From the NCBI GenBank assembly GCA_027028845.1, contig JALVHV010000144.1:1-54070 (forward strand): a stretch of 54,070 nt of DNA, in the 5' to 3' direction. The notes beneath the pieces are model-generated. The model was given only the letters and a program-made list of their open reading frames with translations. It made no database searches and was not told the origin of the DNA. The stretch's first letter is position 1; every line of letters starts with the position of its first letter. Positions 26,351 to 36,547 of the stretch are shown here, piece by piece. This DNA is from Pyrodictiaceae archaeon. GTDB lineage: Archaea; Thermoproteota; Thermoprotei_A; Sulfolobales; Pyrodictiaceae. Position numbers and translations under genes: made by a program.

Positions 26351-28109
26351 AGTAAAGAAGCTGGCAAGGGCCTATGCCCTGCTAAATGCCGTTGAGCACG
26401 GCGGACGAGCAGCAACAGGGCCCGTTATGGGCAAGATAATGGCTGCTCGTCCTGATCTCAGACCCTATGCGCGCGAAGTAGCAAGAATAGTTGCGGAAAT
26501 AGTCAAGGAGGTAAATAGCCTCTCCTCGGAGGAGCAGAAACGGCTACTGGAGAAAGAGTATAGCTGGGTAATCGAGGCGAGGAAGCAGAAAGAAGAGAAG
26601 GAGAAAACACTACCACCGCTACCAGGTGCCGAAGAGGGTAGAGTAGTTACGCGCTTTGCGCCTAACCCTGACTTTGCAATACACCTGGGTAATGCACGGC
26701 CAGCAATACTCAGCCACGAGTACAAGGTTATGTATAAGGGCAAGCTCATACTACGATTCGAGGACACAGACCCAAGAACCAAGACGCCGCTACCAGAGGC
26801 TTACGAGCTTATACGCCGGGACCTAAAATGGCTCGGCATAGAGTGGGATGAGGAATACATACAGAGCCTGAGAATGAAAATCTACTACGACATAGCGAGG
26901 AAGCTATTAGAGAAAGGCTGTGCCTACATAGATGACTTGCCAAGCCAAGAGTATAGGAAGTACAGAGACAAAGGACTACTCGGGAAATATCCTCCAAGAC
27001 TACGAAGCATCGAAGAAAACCTAGAACTATGGGATAAGATGCTTGAGGGCCATTTCGCAGAAGGCGAGGCAGTCCTAAGAGTCAAGACCGATCCAAATCA
27101 CCCAGATCCAAGTATACGTGACTGGGTAGCCTTCAGAATAATCGATACAGGTAAGCATCCACACCCCCTCGTAGGCGATAAGTACGTTGTATGGCCAACC
27201 TATAACCTGGCAGCAGGCGTTGATGATCACCTCATGGGTGTAACCCATATACTTAGGGCTAAGGAGCATATGCAGAATACTGAGAAGCAGAAATACGTAT
27301 ACAAGTGCCTTGGCTGGAAATACCCCGAGGTCATACACTTTGGGAGACTAAAACTAGAAGGATTCATAATGAGCAAGTCAGCTCTCAAAAAACTCTATGA
27401 AGCAGGCACAGCCAGCGGGATAGATGATCCCCGATTCGCTACAATAGCTGGGCTCCGTCGAAGAGGATTCACACCAGAGGCCATACGAAGACTAATACTA
27501 GAAGTAGGCGTCAAATACACAGATGCTAGCATAAGCTTTGCCAACCTAGCAGCAATTAACCGCTCAATAATAGACCCCAAAGCGAAGAGAATCATGGCTG
27601 TCATTGACCCTGTCCCGGTACTCATTGAAGCAATTCCCTGGAAAGAGGAGGTATTTGAGATACCATATCACCCCAACGGCAAGCTAGGCTCGAGGAAAAT
27701 AACGGTGAGAGGACCCCAGGCCACGATCTATGTCTCTAGTAGCGACTTAGAAACAATGGAGAGAAACAAGGTAATTAGGCTCATGGAGGCATTCAATATA
27801 GAGATAATAGACACAGACAAGAAACCAATAAAGGCTAAATACCATAGCAGGAGCCTCGATGAGGCAAGGAAACATAATGCCCCCATAATACAGTGGGTCG
27901 TAGCAGAACATGCTACTCCACTCGAACTAGTTGTTCCGGAAGGGCTCGAGCTTCGCCGCGAACACGGCTTCGCAGAGGAGGCTGCAAAGAGCCTTAGAAG
28001 AGACGAAGTAGTACAATTCGTTAGAATAGGATTCGCGAGAATAGACGCAGTGGAAAGCGACGAGGAAGGCAATGTAAGGAACATAGTGGCGATATTCTCC
28101 CACGAATAA
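26328..28109 (+). CDS. gltX: Glutamyl-tRNA synthetase; probable ATA start
   Basis: TRFAPNPD..HLGN, LRFEDTDP, MSKS. The conserved N-terminal YALLNAVEHGGRA..GPVMG lies upstream of the track ATG at 26427. Confidence 0.95.
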   Translation: MSGFSVDEVKKLARAYALLNAVEHGGRAATGPVMGKIMAARPDLRPYAREVARIVAEIVKEVNSLSSEEQKRLLEKEYSWVIEARKQKEEKEKTLPPLPGAEEGRVVTRFAPNPDFAIHLGNARPAILSHEYKVMYKGKLILRFEDTDPRTKTPLPEAYELIRRDLKWLGIEWDEEYIQSLRMKIYYDIARKLLEKGCAYIDDLPSQEYRKYRDKGLLGKYPPRLRSIEENLELWDKMLEGHFAEGEAVLRVKTDPNHPDPSIRDWVAFRIIDTGKHPHPLVGDKYVVWPTYNLAAGVDDHLMGVTHILRAKEHMQNTEKQKYVYKCLGWKYPEVIHFGRLKLEGFIMSKSALKKLYEAGTASGIDDPRFATIAGLRRRGFTPEAIRRLILEVGVKYTDASISFANLAAINRSIIDPKAKRIMAVIDPVPVLIEAIPWKEEVFEIPYHPNGKLGSRKITVRGPQATIYVSSSDLETMERNKVIRLMEAFNIEIIDTDKKPIKAKYHSRSLDEARKHNAPIIQWVVAEHATPLELVVPEGLELRREHGFAEEAAKSLRRDEVVQFVRIGFARIDAVESDEEGNVRNIVAIFSHE

Positions 28110-28208
28110 GCCTCTTCCCTTGTTTTGCGCTAGTTTTCTATACCCCTAGCAGCGCTGTTGCCTTCACTAGAGGAGGGGCGACGACCGGCCCCGGGAGGAG
28201 GATGAGCC

Positions 28209-28595
28209 ATGAGCAAGCCCTTCTATGTTAGGTTTGAGGTACCCGAGGAACTAGCTGAGAAGGCCTATAAGGCGCTCGAAATAGCTAGGAAGACTGGTAA
28301 GATAAAGAAGGGAACAAACGAGACAACCAAGTGCGTTGAGAGAGGCTTAGCAAAGCTGGTACTAATAGCCGAGGATGTTGACCCACCAGAGATAGTGGCT
28401 CACTTACCACTCCTATGTGAGGAGAAGAAGGTACCATACGTCTATGTGCCGAGCAAGAAGAGACTAGGTGAGGCCGCAGGAATAGAGGTTGCAGCAGCCA
28501 GCGCATGCATAATTGACCCCGGCGAGGCAAAGGACCTAGTAGACGAGATAATTAAGGCAGTTAACGAGCTAAAGACTAAGGCAGCTACTAGCTAA
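28209..28595 (+). CDS. rpl7ae: 50S ribosomal protein L7Ae
   Basis: [29 protein letters not shown]. Confidence 0.97.
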   Translation: MSKPFYVRFEVPEELAEKAYKALEIARKTGKIKKGTNETTKCVERGLAKLVLIAEDVDPPEIVAHLPLLCEEKKVPYVYVPSKKRLGEAAGIEVAAASACIIDPGEAKDLVDEIIKAVNELKTKAATS

Positions 28596-28676
28596 GACCA
28601 AGCCCTAAAGGGGTATAATAGAATTATTTCTTTTTAAACCATGCCTAGCCGGATCTTGTCCTCTCGTAATCCCTTG

Positions 28677-29405
28677 TCAACGTGTTCTCGTAGACTCTGG
28701 TATGCATAACTCATACTCTATTGTACCGAGTGCGCACTCGTAGTTTAGTCGGTACAATATACAGTTGTTAGTAGGCTTAACGGATGCAAGCTTTGAGACA
28801 CGTGAGCCTAGGCACTCATGTATATCGATGTAGGCTACTAGGCCTCCAGCTGTCCTCTCAGCTTTTATTGATGCACTTATCCCCAATGATGACAGCTCCT
28901 CTATAGCCCACTTAGCCATAGCTATTGTATGGGGCTTGAGTACCTGGATAAGGCTCTTCGCGGGCTTCGTGTACACTATATAGTCGGATGCATAGGCGTA
29001 GCTAAGGGCCTCGGCAAACAACGCAAAGAAATCCCTAAGCCTCGTGACAGATCCCCTGCTGAGTAGCGAGATAGCGCCCATCCTGGCAAGTAAGTCCGCG
29101 TCAAGGCCTATCTGTGCGTAAAGCGAGGTAGGTGCTCGTAGCGCAGCGTCCTCTACCTCGCTTAGTGCTCTCTCGATATGCACACGGATATGGCTTGGAA
29201 GCCTGCTAGTATCAAGCCGCTCTCCTTCAATCAACGCTTCTATGTAAAGACCGGCTATAGCTCCCGTGGCAGAGGAGCAATCGCTTAGTCTATTGCATAT
29301 CGAGAACGCGTATAGTGTTGCTAGGATCCTCCTAGGCGATATTAATAGTCTCTGAGCATCGCGTAGCCCCGCCTTTGACAAAATCGTCTCTGCTAGCTCG
29401 CGCAC
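28677..29405 (-). CDS. Hypothetical protein, possibly a degenerate HD-domain fold
   Basis: AQIGLDADLLARMGAI resembles the HD-family DADxLDxxGA motif, but no HD dyad is present. Confidence 0.6.
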   Translation of the reverse strand: MRELAETILSKAGLRDAQRLLISPRRILATLYAFSICNRLSDCSSATGAIAGLYIEALIEGERLDTSRLPSHIRVHIERALSEVEDAALRAPTSLYAQIGLDADLLARMGAISLLSRGSVTRLRDFFALFAEALSYAYASDYIVYTKPAKSLIQVLKPHTIAMAKWAIEELSSLGISASIKAERTAGGLVAYIDIHECLGSRVSKLASVKPTNNCILYRLNYECALGTIEYELCIPESTRTR

Positions 29406-29490
29406 CTTTCTCAGCCCCCGGGTGCTTGGCGAGAGACTAGGGCGAGCTTCTTAAAGGCCCCACTAGTTACTCGTGTCGCTGGGGTACGCT

Positions 29491-29742
29491 TTGAGCCAGA
29501 AGAGCGGCGAGCGAAAAGACTTCAACATAATAGAGGAGATAGGGTTCCCTGCAGAAGTCATACAGATCATAGGGCGTACTGGTGTACATGGCGAGGTCAT
29601 ACAGGTACGCGTAAGAGTACTTGAGGGCAGGGATAAGGGTAGAGTACTTACGCGTAACGTCCTAGGCCCGGTCAGACTAGGAGACATAGTTATACTACGT
29701 GAGACTGAGCGTGAGGCACGTAAACTAGGTAGGAGGAGGTAA
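29491..29742 (+). CDS. rps28e: 30S ribosomal protein S28e
   Basis: [11 protein letters not shown]...[11 protein letters not shown]...ETEREAR; TTG start at 29491 inferred. Confidence 0.96.
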   Translation: MSQKSGERKDFNIIEEIGFPAEVIQIIGRTGVHGEVIQVRVRVLEGRDKGRVLTRNVLGPVRLGDIVILRETEREARKLGRRR

Positions 29743-29748
29743 TAAGCC

Positions 29749-29934
29749 ATGCCCATAGTACATACGTGTGCATATTGTGGCCGCGAGATAGAGCCCGGCA
29801 CAGGGCTCATGTACGTTAGGAATGATGGTACAGTGCTCTGGTTCTGTAGCAGTAAGTGCTTCAAGCTATGGAAGATGAAGAGAGACCCGAGGAAGCTCAA
29901 GTGGACAAAGAAGTATACACCACTCCGGCACTAA
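29749..29934 (+). CDS. rpl24e: 50S ribosomal protein L24e
   Basis: CAYCG.EIEPGTG...FCSSKC...PRKLKWT. Confidence 0.96.
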   Translation: MPIVHTCAYCGREIEPGTGLMYVRNDGTVLWFCSSKCFKLWKMKRDPRKLKWTKKYTPLRH

Positions 29935-30010
29935 GCAGTCACCATAAAGGATTTTGTTCCATACCTGGCCAACATCCTAGCTATAGTAATGCCCTCAGCC
30001 TTGTTCTCCG

Positions 30011-30883
30011 CTAATGGGTCCCTGTAAGCGCTATCGCTACGCCTAGCAGCAGTCCACCTATTATCGTTGTGAGGCCAGGTTTCTCGCGGGCCAGCGGAAT
30101 AGATAATAGCTGAGTAACAAAGGGCGTCAGGGCTATGCCAATCCCAACTATACTCGCAGGCAGCAGTCCTAGGGCTACTAGGAACGTAATTGTCCCAAAG
30201 AAGTAGCCAAAGAACGAGCTGAGAAAAGCATCAAGCAATACACCTCTAAGCTCTCTTATTCTAGCCACATACGGTGACAAGACCAGCACAGTTGCTATCG
30301 AACGCGCAGCGGCTACAGAGTACTCGCCGCTAACACTCATGGCTAGCTTATAGGCATACATGCTAACAGCCCATACGAGTGAGGTGCCAATAGCAGCAAG
30401 TATGGCTCTAGGAACAATTCCCGGTCCTTTGTCCTTGCTAGTACTGTCTCGGGCTACAAGCCACACACCTAGGAATGCGAGACCAGCAGCTACTAGGACT
30501 CGGCTACCAATAGACCCGGTTAGGTAGTCATAGAGAGCGCTCCATATTATGAAAAGGTAGGAGACCGGTAGAGCTATACTTGCACCAACAACGCTAACGC
30601 TGTAGACGAAGAGAGTGTCCCCGACAACAGTGCTAAAGACACCGCCAATCCATACACCGGCCTCGAACGCTGGGCTAAGCCACGGAGTCTTATAGGGGAA
30701 TCCCTCAGCTAGGTACGCGAGAGGAACCAGTATCAGCATTGCGAAGAGCATTCGAGCAGCATTAAACACTACTGGGTCTAGTCTCCTCCGGCTAGAAGCC
30801 CTGCTAATAAAGACCGGGGCCAGGCTCCATGAGAGAGTAGTAGCTATAATAGCGGCTAAGCCCAGTAGGCTTGTATTATTCAT
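30011..30883 (-). CDS. DMT/EamA family transporter
   Basis: About 10 TMs in two repeats; C-terminal PFVTQLLS..LAREK. Confidence 0.85.
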   Translation of the reverse strand: MNNTSLLGLAAIIATTLSWSLAPVFISRASSRRRLDPVVFNAARMLFAMLILVPLAYLAEGFPYKTPWLSPAFEAGVWIGGVFSTVVGDTLFVYSVSVVGASIALPVSYLFIIWSALYDYLTGSIGSRVLVAAGLAFLGVWLVARDSTSKDKGPGIVPRAILAAIGTSLVWAVSMYAYKLAMSVSGEYSVAAARSIATVLVLSPYVARIRELRGVLLDAFLSSFFGYFFGTITFLVALGLLPASIVGIGIALTPFVTQLLSIPLAREKPGLTTIIGGLLLGVAIALTGTH

Positions 30884-30929
30884 TCGCTCGGTGCACCCAT
30901 TGCCCGACGAGAATGGTGCATCGTGGGTA

Positions 30930-31817
30930 CTAGTTCTTTGCCTTGCCCTCCCTCAGCTTACGGCCAAGCATGGCGAAGAACCCTGCCACTGATGGGTAGT
31001 CAGCATCGCCGTAGCCCTCCCTAATCATTGCTGCATAGTGATTAGTTATTGCGGCTGCTAGGCTTGCATCGAGTCCTAGTTCTGCAAGCGCCTCAGCAAC
31101 GTATCGTGCATCCTTAGCTGCTAGCTTGGCAGCAAAACTGGTCTTTCCCCCTAGCCGTAGCCTATCACCGTAGCGCGCAACTATGCCACTGAGCCAGGTC
31201 TTCGATAGAACTAGGTTAACGTAGTTCTCCCACTCAATACCATAGGCCTCTACCAATGCGAATGCATCGGCAAGAGCACTAACTATCCCCAAGAACACGT
31301 GGTTAAAGCCAAGCTTCGCTGCAAGAGCCTTGGGTGGACGACCAAGATAAACCACAGAGCCAAGAGCAAGTAGGCTCTCTGCGCCACAAGCCTCCTCGTC
31401 ATCACTACTACAAGGTATGATAGCCTCGCCCCGCTCAACGGTTCTAGGTCCACCAATTATAGGAGCCTCTACGTACCCGAATCCCTTGCTAGAGGCTACC
31501 CCGGCGATACTCGTTGATGCCTTGATGGTACATGTTACCTGGTTAATTATCGTTGTTGGCTCCTGGGCGCTAAGAACCCCCTCTGGGCCAATGGTTACCC
31601 CGTAGAGTGCATGATCATCACTAACCACTATGTGAATATAATCCGCTTTCTCGGCAACTTCTCGGGGAGAAGAAGCAGCCTCGGCGCCAAGCTCCTTTGC
31701 CACTTTCCCTAGTTTCTCCCTGTCCCGCGTCCACAGAACTAGCTCAAAGCCCTTCTCGGCTAAGCGCCGAGCAACAGCTGAGCCCATCCGCCCCAGACCT
31801 ATAACGCCCACGGTCAT
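30930..31817 (-). CDS. NAD(P)-dependent oxidoreductase, 3-hydroxyisobutyrate dehydrogenase family
   Basis: VGVIGLGRMG, EAPIIGG, KLGFN, AKD. Confidence 0.85.
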   Translation of the reverse strand: MTVGVIGLGRMGSAVARRLAEKGFELVLWTRDREKLGKVAKELGAEAASSPREVAEKADYIHIVVSDDHALYGVTIGPEGVLSAQEPTTIINQVTCTIKASTSIAGVASSKGFGYVEAPIIGGPRTVERGEAIIPCSSDDEEACGAESLLALGSVVYLGRPPKALAAKLGFNHVFLGIVSALADAFALVEAYGIEWENYVNLVLSKTWLSGIVARYGDRLRLGGKTSFAAKLAAKDARYVAEALAELGLDASLAAAITNHYAAMIREGYGDADYPSVAGFFAMLGRKLREGKAKN

Positions 31818-31952
31818 TGCTTGCTGCCCGATAAGACTAGCAATAAGGCCCTAGATATTCAGCTTTCGCGCCTGCCTGGTCCCGTGGAGCGGCATAAGAG
31901 TTTACAAGTCCTAGGGCAATAACCAGGCTCCTCGGCAGGAGGAGGATAAGGC

Positions 31953-32381
31953 GTGGCGGTTGAGAAGACCTTTGTCATGATAAAACCAGATGGTGTTAAG
32001 AGGGGCCTCGTTGGCGAAATAATAGCCCGTTTCGAGAGAAAAGGCCTGAAGATAAAAGCGCTCAAGATGAAGTGGCTGAGTAGAGAAGAAGCCGAGAAAC
32101 TCTACGAGGTTCACAAGGGGAAGCCCTTCTTCGAGGAACTTGTCAACTTTGTTACAAGCGGCCCCGTGGTCGCAATGATACTAGAGGGTGACAGCGCTAT
32201 AAACGTGGTAAGGCTAATGATAGGCCCGACTGACGGCAGGCAGGCACCACCAGGCACTATTCGCGGCGACTTCGCACTAGACATAGGGGCCAACGTGATA
32301 CACGCGAGTGACAGCAAGGAATCGTTCGAGAGAGAATACAGGGTCTTCTTTAGCGACGAAGAAATAGTAGGCGATTACTAA
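31953..32381 (+). CDS. ndk: Nucleoside diphosphate kinase
   Basis: [28 protein letters not shown]. Confidence 0.97.
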   Translation: MAVEKTFVMIKPDGVKRGLVGEIIARFERKGLKIKALKMKWLSREEAEKLYEVHKGKPFFEELVNFVTSGPVVAMILEGDSAINVVRLMIGPTDGRQAPPGTIRGDFALDIGANVIHASDSKESFEREYRVFFSDEEIVGDY

Positions 32382-32564
32382 CTCTACCTTGTCCACTGCT
32401 TTGATACATTTACGGCTTTTTTACGATCCACAACCCTGCGCTAGCGAGGGCAGCTTCTCCAAGCAACGTTGATGAGGCGTTACCTCTATGTAGCAGAGTG
32501 GGCACAAGATACTATTTTTGTTGACCCGGGCCTCGCTCTAGAAGATGGTATAGGTGGGAAGTCC

Positions 32565-33791
32565 TTGCCTCCGCCAGAAAGGCTAGCAGGGCTAGTAGGT
32601 AAGACAAACGTTGGTAAATCAACGTTCTTCGCTGCAGCGACACTTGCCTCTGTTGAGCTAGGCAATAGGCCGTTCGTTACGCTCGAGCCTAATACTGGTG
32701 TAGGGTATGTACGTAAGCGCTGTGTACACGTGGAGCTTGGTCTTCCTCGCTGCGACCCGGCCTCGGGATACTGTATTAATGGGTGGAGATTCATCCCCGT
32801 GAAGATCATTGATACTCCCGGCCTCATACCCGGTGCTCACGAGGGTAAAGGACTGGGTAACAAGTTCCTGGACTCTATTCGTAGAGCAGACGCTATTATA
32901 TTGATAGTCGATGCGTCTGGCTCAACGGATGCACAGGGCAACCCCGTGCCACCGGGCACTTATGACCCGGTAGAGGAGGTTAGGTGGCTAGAGAACGAGA
33001 TAGAGGAATGGATCTACAGCATAATACTCAATGACTGGGATCGCTTCGCCATGAAGGTTTCGACAACCGGGCAGAACGTTGTCGAGGCCTTAACTCAGAG
33101 GCTTAGCGGGCTAAGCATTCGACGATATCACGTCGAGAAGGCACTGGAGTACGCTGATTTATCGAGGAAGCCTATAACTAGCTGGAGCCGCGAAGACTTA
33201 AGGAACCTTGCCAGGGGATTGCGCCTCGCAAAGCCAATGATAATAGCTGCTAACAAGGCTGATCTACCGGGCGCAGAGGAGGGCATTAAGCGGCTCAGGA
33301 AAGAGCTTAGTTACCCGGTCGTGCCTACAAGTGCTGCTGCTGAGCTAGCTCTTCGAAGAGCGGCAAGAGCTGGGCTTATAAGATACCTTCCCGGCGACCC
33401 TGACTTTGAGATAATCGACGAGAACAAGCTGAGTAGGAAGCAGTTGCAGGCACTAGAGTATATACGTGAGCATGTGCTACGGAAATGGGGCTCAACGGGC
33501 GTCCAGGAAGTAATCAACAAGACCTTCTTCGAGCTACTAGAAATGATAGTGGTTTACCCCGTTGAGGATATACACAGGTTCACCGATAGCAAGGGCAGAA
33601 TTCTACCCGATGCATACCTCGTGCCCAAGGGGACAACGGCAAGGCAGCTAGCATACATGGTGCACACGGACCTAGGGAAAACATTCCTATACGCTATCAA
33701 TGCTAAGACAAAGACGCGTGTAGGCGAGGACTACGAGCTACAGGACAATGACGTGATAAAAATAGTTGCAGCAGCGGCTCATAAAGGCTGA
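32565..33791 (+). CDS. ychF: Archaeal YchF/OLA1-like Obg-family NTPase with TGS domain
   Basis: GKTNVGKS, PFVT.EPN, DTPGL, GLGNKFL, ANKAD, C-terminal TGS; TTG start behind AGGTG. Confidence 0.9.
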   Translation: MPPPERLAGLVGKTNVGKSTFFAAATLASVELGNRPFVTLEPNTGVGYVRKRCVHVELGLPRCDPASGYCINGWRFIPVKIIDTPGLIPGAHEGKGLGNKFLDSIRRADAIILIVDASGSTDAQGNPVPPGTYDPVEEVRWLENEIEEWIYSIILNDWDRFAMKVSTTGQNVVEALTQRLSGLSIRRYHVEKALEYADLSRKPITSWSREDLRNLARGLRLAKPMIIAANKADLPGAEEGIKRLRKELSYPVVPTSAAAELALRRAARAGLIRYLPGDPDFEIIDENKLSRKQLQALEYIREHVLRKWGSTGVQEVINKTFFELLEMIVVYPVEDIHRFTDSKGRILPDAYLVPKGTTARQLAYMVHTDLGKTFLYAINAKTKTRVGEDYELQDNDVIKIVAAAAHKG

Positions 33792-33798
33792 GCTGGAA

Positions 33799-33873
33799 GA
33801 GAGGTCAGCCGGGGCGCACACCTCCCCATAGAGAGCTGCTCGTCGGATATGCGGGCAAATCATCACTCCTCTC
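33799..33873 (-). ncRNA. Candidate box C/D guide sRNA
   Basis: Minus strand: stem GAGAGG/CCTCTC, C GTGATGA, guide TTTGCCCGCATAT, D' CCGA, C'-like ATGGGGA, guide GGTGTGCGCCCCGG, D CTGA. Confidence 0.75.
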
Positions 33874-33981
33874 CACTCTCTGAGGGGCTATGCGGCTTCT
33901 TAGTCTATAGTGTTTTAAAGGGGTGTGTGAGCCCTAGCACTGGGATACAACCACAATAGCAAAGGAGCGGGGAGAAGCTTA

Positions 33982-34662
33982 ATGGCTCATGGCCTCTACC
34001 ACTATCTCCGTGAGACTTGGAAGCAGCGATACGAGGTACCGGAACTAGCTCAGCTCTGGAAAAAGAGACTAATGGAGTGGCGCAGACAGCCAAGTGTAGT
34101 CCGGGTAGAGAAGCCAACAAGGATAGACCGGGCTAGGACTCTCGGCTATAAGGCGAAGCCAGGAATCATAGTAGTAAGGGTACGAGTGCGCAAGGGAGGA
34201 CTAAACAGGCCTAGGCCAAACAAGGGTAGGAGACCGAAGCGGATGGGTGTCTATGGCTACGCACCTGCCAAGTCAACCCGCTTAATAGCAGAGGAGAGAG
34301 CGGCTCGGAAGTACCCTAACATGGAGGTTCTCAACAGCTACTACGTAGCCGAGGATGGAGAGTACAAGTGGTACGAGGTAATACTAGTTGATAGGAACCA
34401 CCCGGCAATATGCAAGGACAAGGAACTGAAATGGATATGTGAGAAGCAGAACCGCGGCAGAGTATTCAGAGGACTAACCAGTGCTGGCAAGAAGATGAGA
34501 GGACTACGCAAGTCCAGAGGCCTTAGGGGAACACACAAGTACAAGTGGAAGAAGAAGCAGAAGGAAAGAGAGCTCAAGAAGCGCCACGAGGCCCATCGCG
34601 GCGCACGCCTCATAGCACCCGACGAGATCAGAGAGAAGTACCACAAAGAAGACCTACAGTAA
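33982..34662 (+). CDS. rpl15e: 50S ribosomal protein L15e
   Basis: [39 protein letters not shown]. Confidence 0.97.
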   Translation: MAHGLYHYLRETWKQRYEVPELAQLWKKRLMEWRRQPSVVRVEKPTRIDRARTLGYKAKPGIIVVRVRVRKGGLNRPRPNKGRRPKRMGVYGYAPAKSTRLIAEERAARKYPNMEVLNSYYVAEDGEYKWYEVILVDRNHPAICKDKELKWICEKQNRGRVFRGLTSAGKKMRGLRKSRGLRGTHKYKWKKKQKERELKKRHEAHRGARLIAPDEIREKYHKEDLQ

Positions 34663-34890
34663 AACCCTTCACCGCGCAAAGGCTCGAGTGAAAGGAATTC
34701 CTCGTTCCCTATCCACGAAGGCTTTTATCACACCAATACATTATGGATCTTGTATGCTCCAGGACCAGTACAAGAAGACTCCAGGGTCCATGGTAATTCC
34801 TAGTCAGCTCATCTGCATGACGGGAGCCTATTATTCGTGTTATTAATCTCCTTTAGGCAAGATAGCTAATACCTGGGAGGAGCAAAAGAC

Positions 34891-35343
34891 ATGGCCTATA
34901 CCAGGGTTGTCCGAGTAGAGCTAGCAGCGCATGCACATGCAACTGAGGATCCCGAGAAGGTTGAGAAAGCCCTAATGAACGTAGTCCCAGAGGCACTTAG
35001 AAACAAGGTTAGGATCGAGAGAGCTACTGTTGAGGGGCACTATAATAACCCGATTACACGTATCGTTGCACGCATCGAGGGCAGGGACGCGGAGGAATTC
35101 GTTAAGAGGCTAGGCGAGATGCTTAATGAGCAGGACAAGAAGATCTTGACCGCGCTCTTTGACTCACGCTACGACGAGCGAAGTGGACGCCTATTTATCA
35201 GGTTTAGTAAGCAGGATGCCTATATGGGCGAGCTAAGGCTCTACGACGGAGACGACGTGGTTCACGTAGTTATACAGCTTCGTGGTGCGCCTCGGCTAAA
35301 GAGAGCCGAGGAAATCCTTAGGGAGCTGGGGCTCCTAGCTTGA
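34891..35343 (+). CDS. Exosome-superoperon RNA-binding protein (DUF54/COG1325-like)
   Basis: HATED.EKV, EGHYNNPI, RFSKQDAY.GE; lies between L15e and Rpp30. Confidence 0.85.
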   Translation: MAYTRVVRVELAAHAHATEDPEKVEKALMNVVPEALRNKVRIERATVEGHYNNPITRIVARIEGRDAEEFVKRLGEMLNEQDKKILTALFDSRYDERSGRLFIRFSKQDAYMGELRLYDGDDVVHVVIQLRGAPRLKRAEEILRELGLLA

Positions 35344-35987
35344 AGATATGTGATCTCCATGTAGCGCCTAGGAGCTTAGAGGACGCGCATGGAATTGCAT
35401 CCCTACTCGCGGGTATGGGTGTAAGATGTGTTGCTATAGATAATCCTAATCCACGAGAGGCAAGAGCCTATACCAAGCCATTTATCGAGGCAGGCCTCGA
35501 GGCATATACTAGAGTAACTATAGAAGCTGATACCTGGGGCAAAGCACTCAAAGCATTGAGGAGAATAAGCCCTTACTATGACCTAGTAGTAGTAAAGCCC
35601 AAGAGCGCTGAGGTAGCGAGACACGCTGCAAAGGATCCCCGGGTTGCTCTTGTGCAACTCCCGCCTGGAATGGCTAGGTATATGGATAAGAGCCAGGCAC
35701 GTCTCCTCCGCGAAGGTGGAGCAGGAGTAGAGGTATCTCTTCTACCACTGCTTCATAGCGATGATCCGCGCCGGAGCCTCCGAGGCATAATGATAATTGC
35801 AAGGCGTGCGGCAGCATACGAGGCGATGCTGGTAATCACTAGTGGTGCCCGGGGTAAATGGGAGCTTTGGAGCCCAGCAGCGATGAAAGCACTGCTTGTC
35901 TCGTTCGGGGTTCCGGAGAACATTGCCTCGCTCTCCGTGACTGGTTATCCCTTGTCAATACTTTACTCGAAGAGGCTAAGGGGATAA
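35340..35987 (+). CDS. rnp3: Ribonuclease P protein Rpp30
   Basis: DLHV N-terminus, VITSGA...ELWSP pattern; conserved position before Pop5. Confidence 0.82.
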   Translation: MKICDLHVAPRSLEDAHGIASLLAGMGVRCVAIDNPNPREARAYTKPFIEAGLEAYTRVTIEADTWGKALKALRRISPYYDLVVVKPKSAEVARHAAKDPRVALVQLPPGMARYMDKSQARLLREGGAGVEVSLLPLLHSDDPRRSLRGIMIIARRAAAYEAMLVITSGARGKWELWSPAAMKALLVSFGVPENIASLSVTGYPLSILYSKRLRG

Positions 35988-35990
35988 TGC

Positions 35991-36536
35991 GTGATGGGTA
36001 CTGAGTACTTGTTATCGGCTCTGGTTCTCTTAGTGGGTATTGCAGCTAGTCTTTACTCTTACTTGGTGACAAAGAGAACAAGAATTATCGAGGAAAGAAT
36101 TAGTTCCCTCGAGAAAGCATTGGAGAAAGTGGTTAGGCAGAACAAGCTGGTTGCCAGGGCGGCGCTGGCAGCACTACGGAGTAGTGAAGCAGAGGACTTC
36201 CTCGCAAAGCTGAGGGCTAAGCGTAGGAGGAGATACATTGCATTCTACATAGTGTATGAGGGAGAGGAGCCACCCTCCCCCCAGGAGGTAGAGAAGGCCA
36301 TACTCAGGGCTGTTGAGAGGCTCGGCGGCCAGCTCTCAGTAGCCCTTGGTAGGGTTCAGCTAGTCTACTATGACCCGGAGAGAGCGGCAGGGATAATACG
36401 CTGCACGCACGATACCAAGTACGTTGTCCTTGCAGCCATGGGTCTCGTGCGCAGAATTGGGCGAAGAAGGGCGGTTATAGTCCCTGTGCGGACCAGTGGC
36501 ACTATTAAGAGAGCGAAAAGAGCCCTCCCAAGCTAG
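35991..36536 (+). CDS. rnp2: Ribonuclease P protein Pop5/Rpp14 with N-terminal hydrophobic helix
   Basis: RRRYIAF, GIIRC, RTSGTIKRAK; N-terminal LLSALVLLVGIAASLYSYLV. Confidence 0.88.
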   Translation: MMGTEYLLSALVLLVGIAASLYSYLVTKRTRIIEERISSLEKALEKVVRQNKLVARAALAALRSSEAEDFLAKLRAKRRRRYIAFYIVYEGEEPPSPQEVEKAILRAVERLGGQLSVALGRVQLVYYDPERAAGIIRCTHDTKYVVLAAMGLVRRIGRRRAVIVPVRTSGTIKRAKRALPS

Positions 36537-36547
36537 GGGCGACGACG

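Noticed and set aside
32469-32564. N-terminal extension of ychF and a TTGATGA...CAGA motif
   Set aside because: The RBS supports TTG 32565; the C/D-like motif is incomplete.
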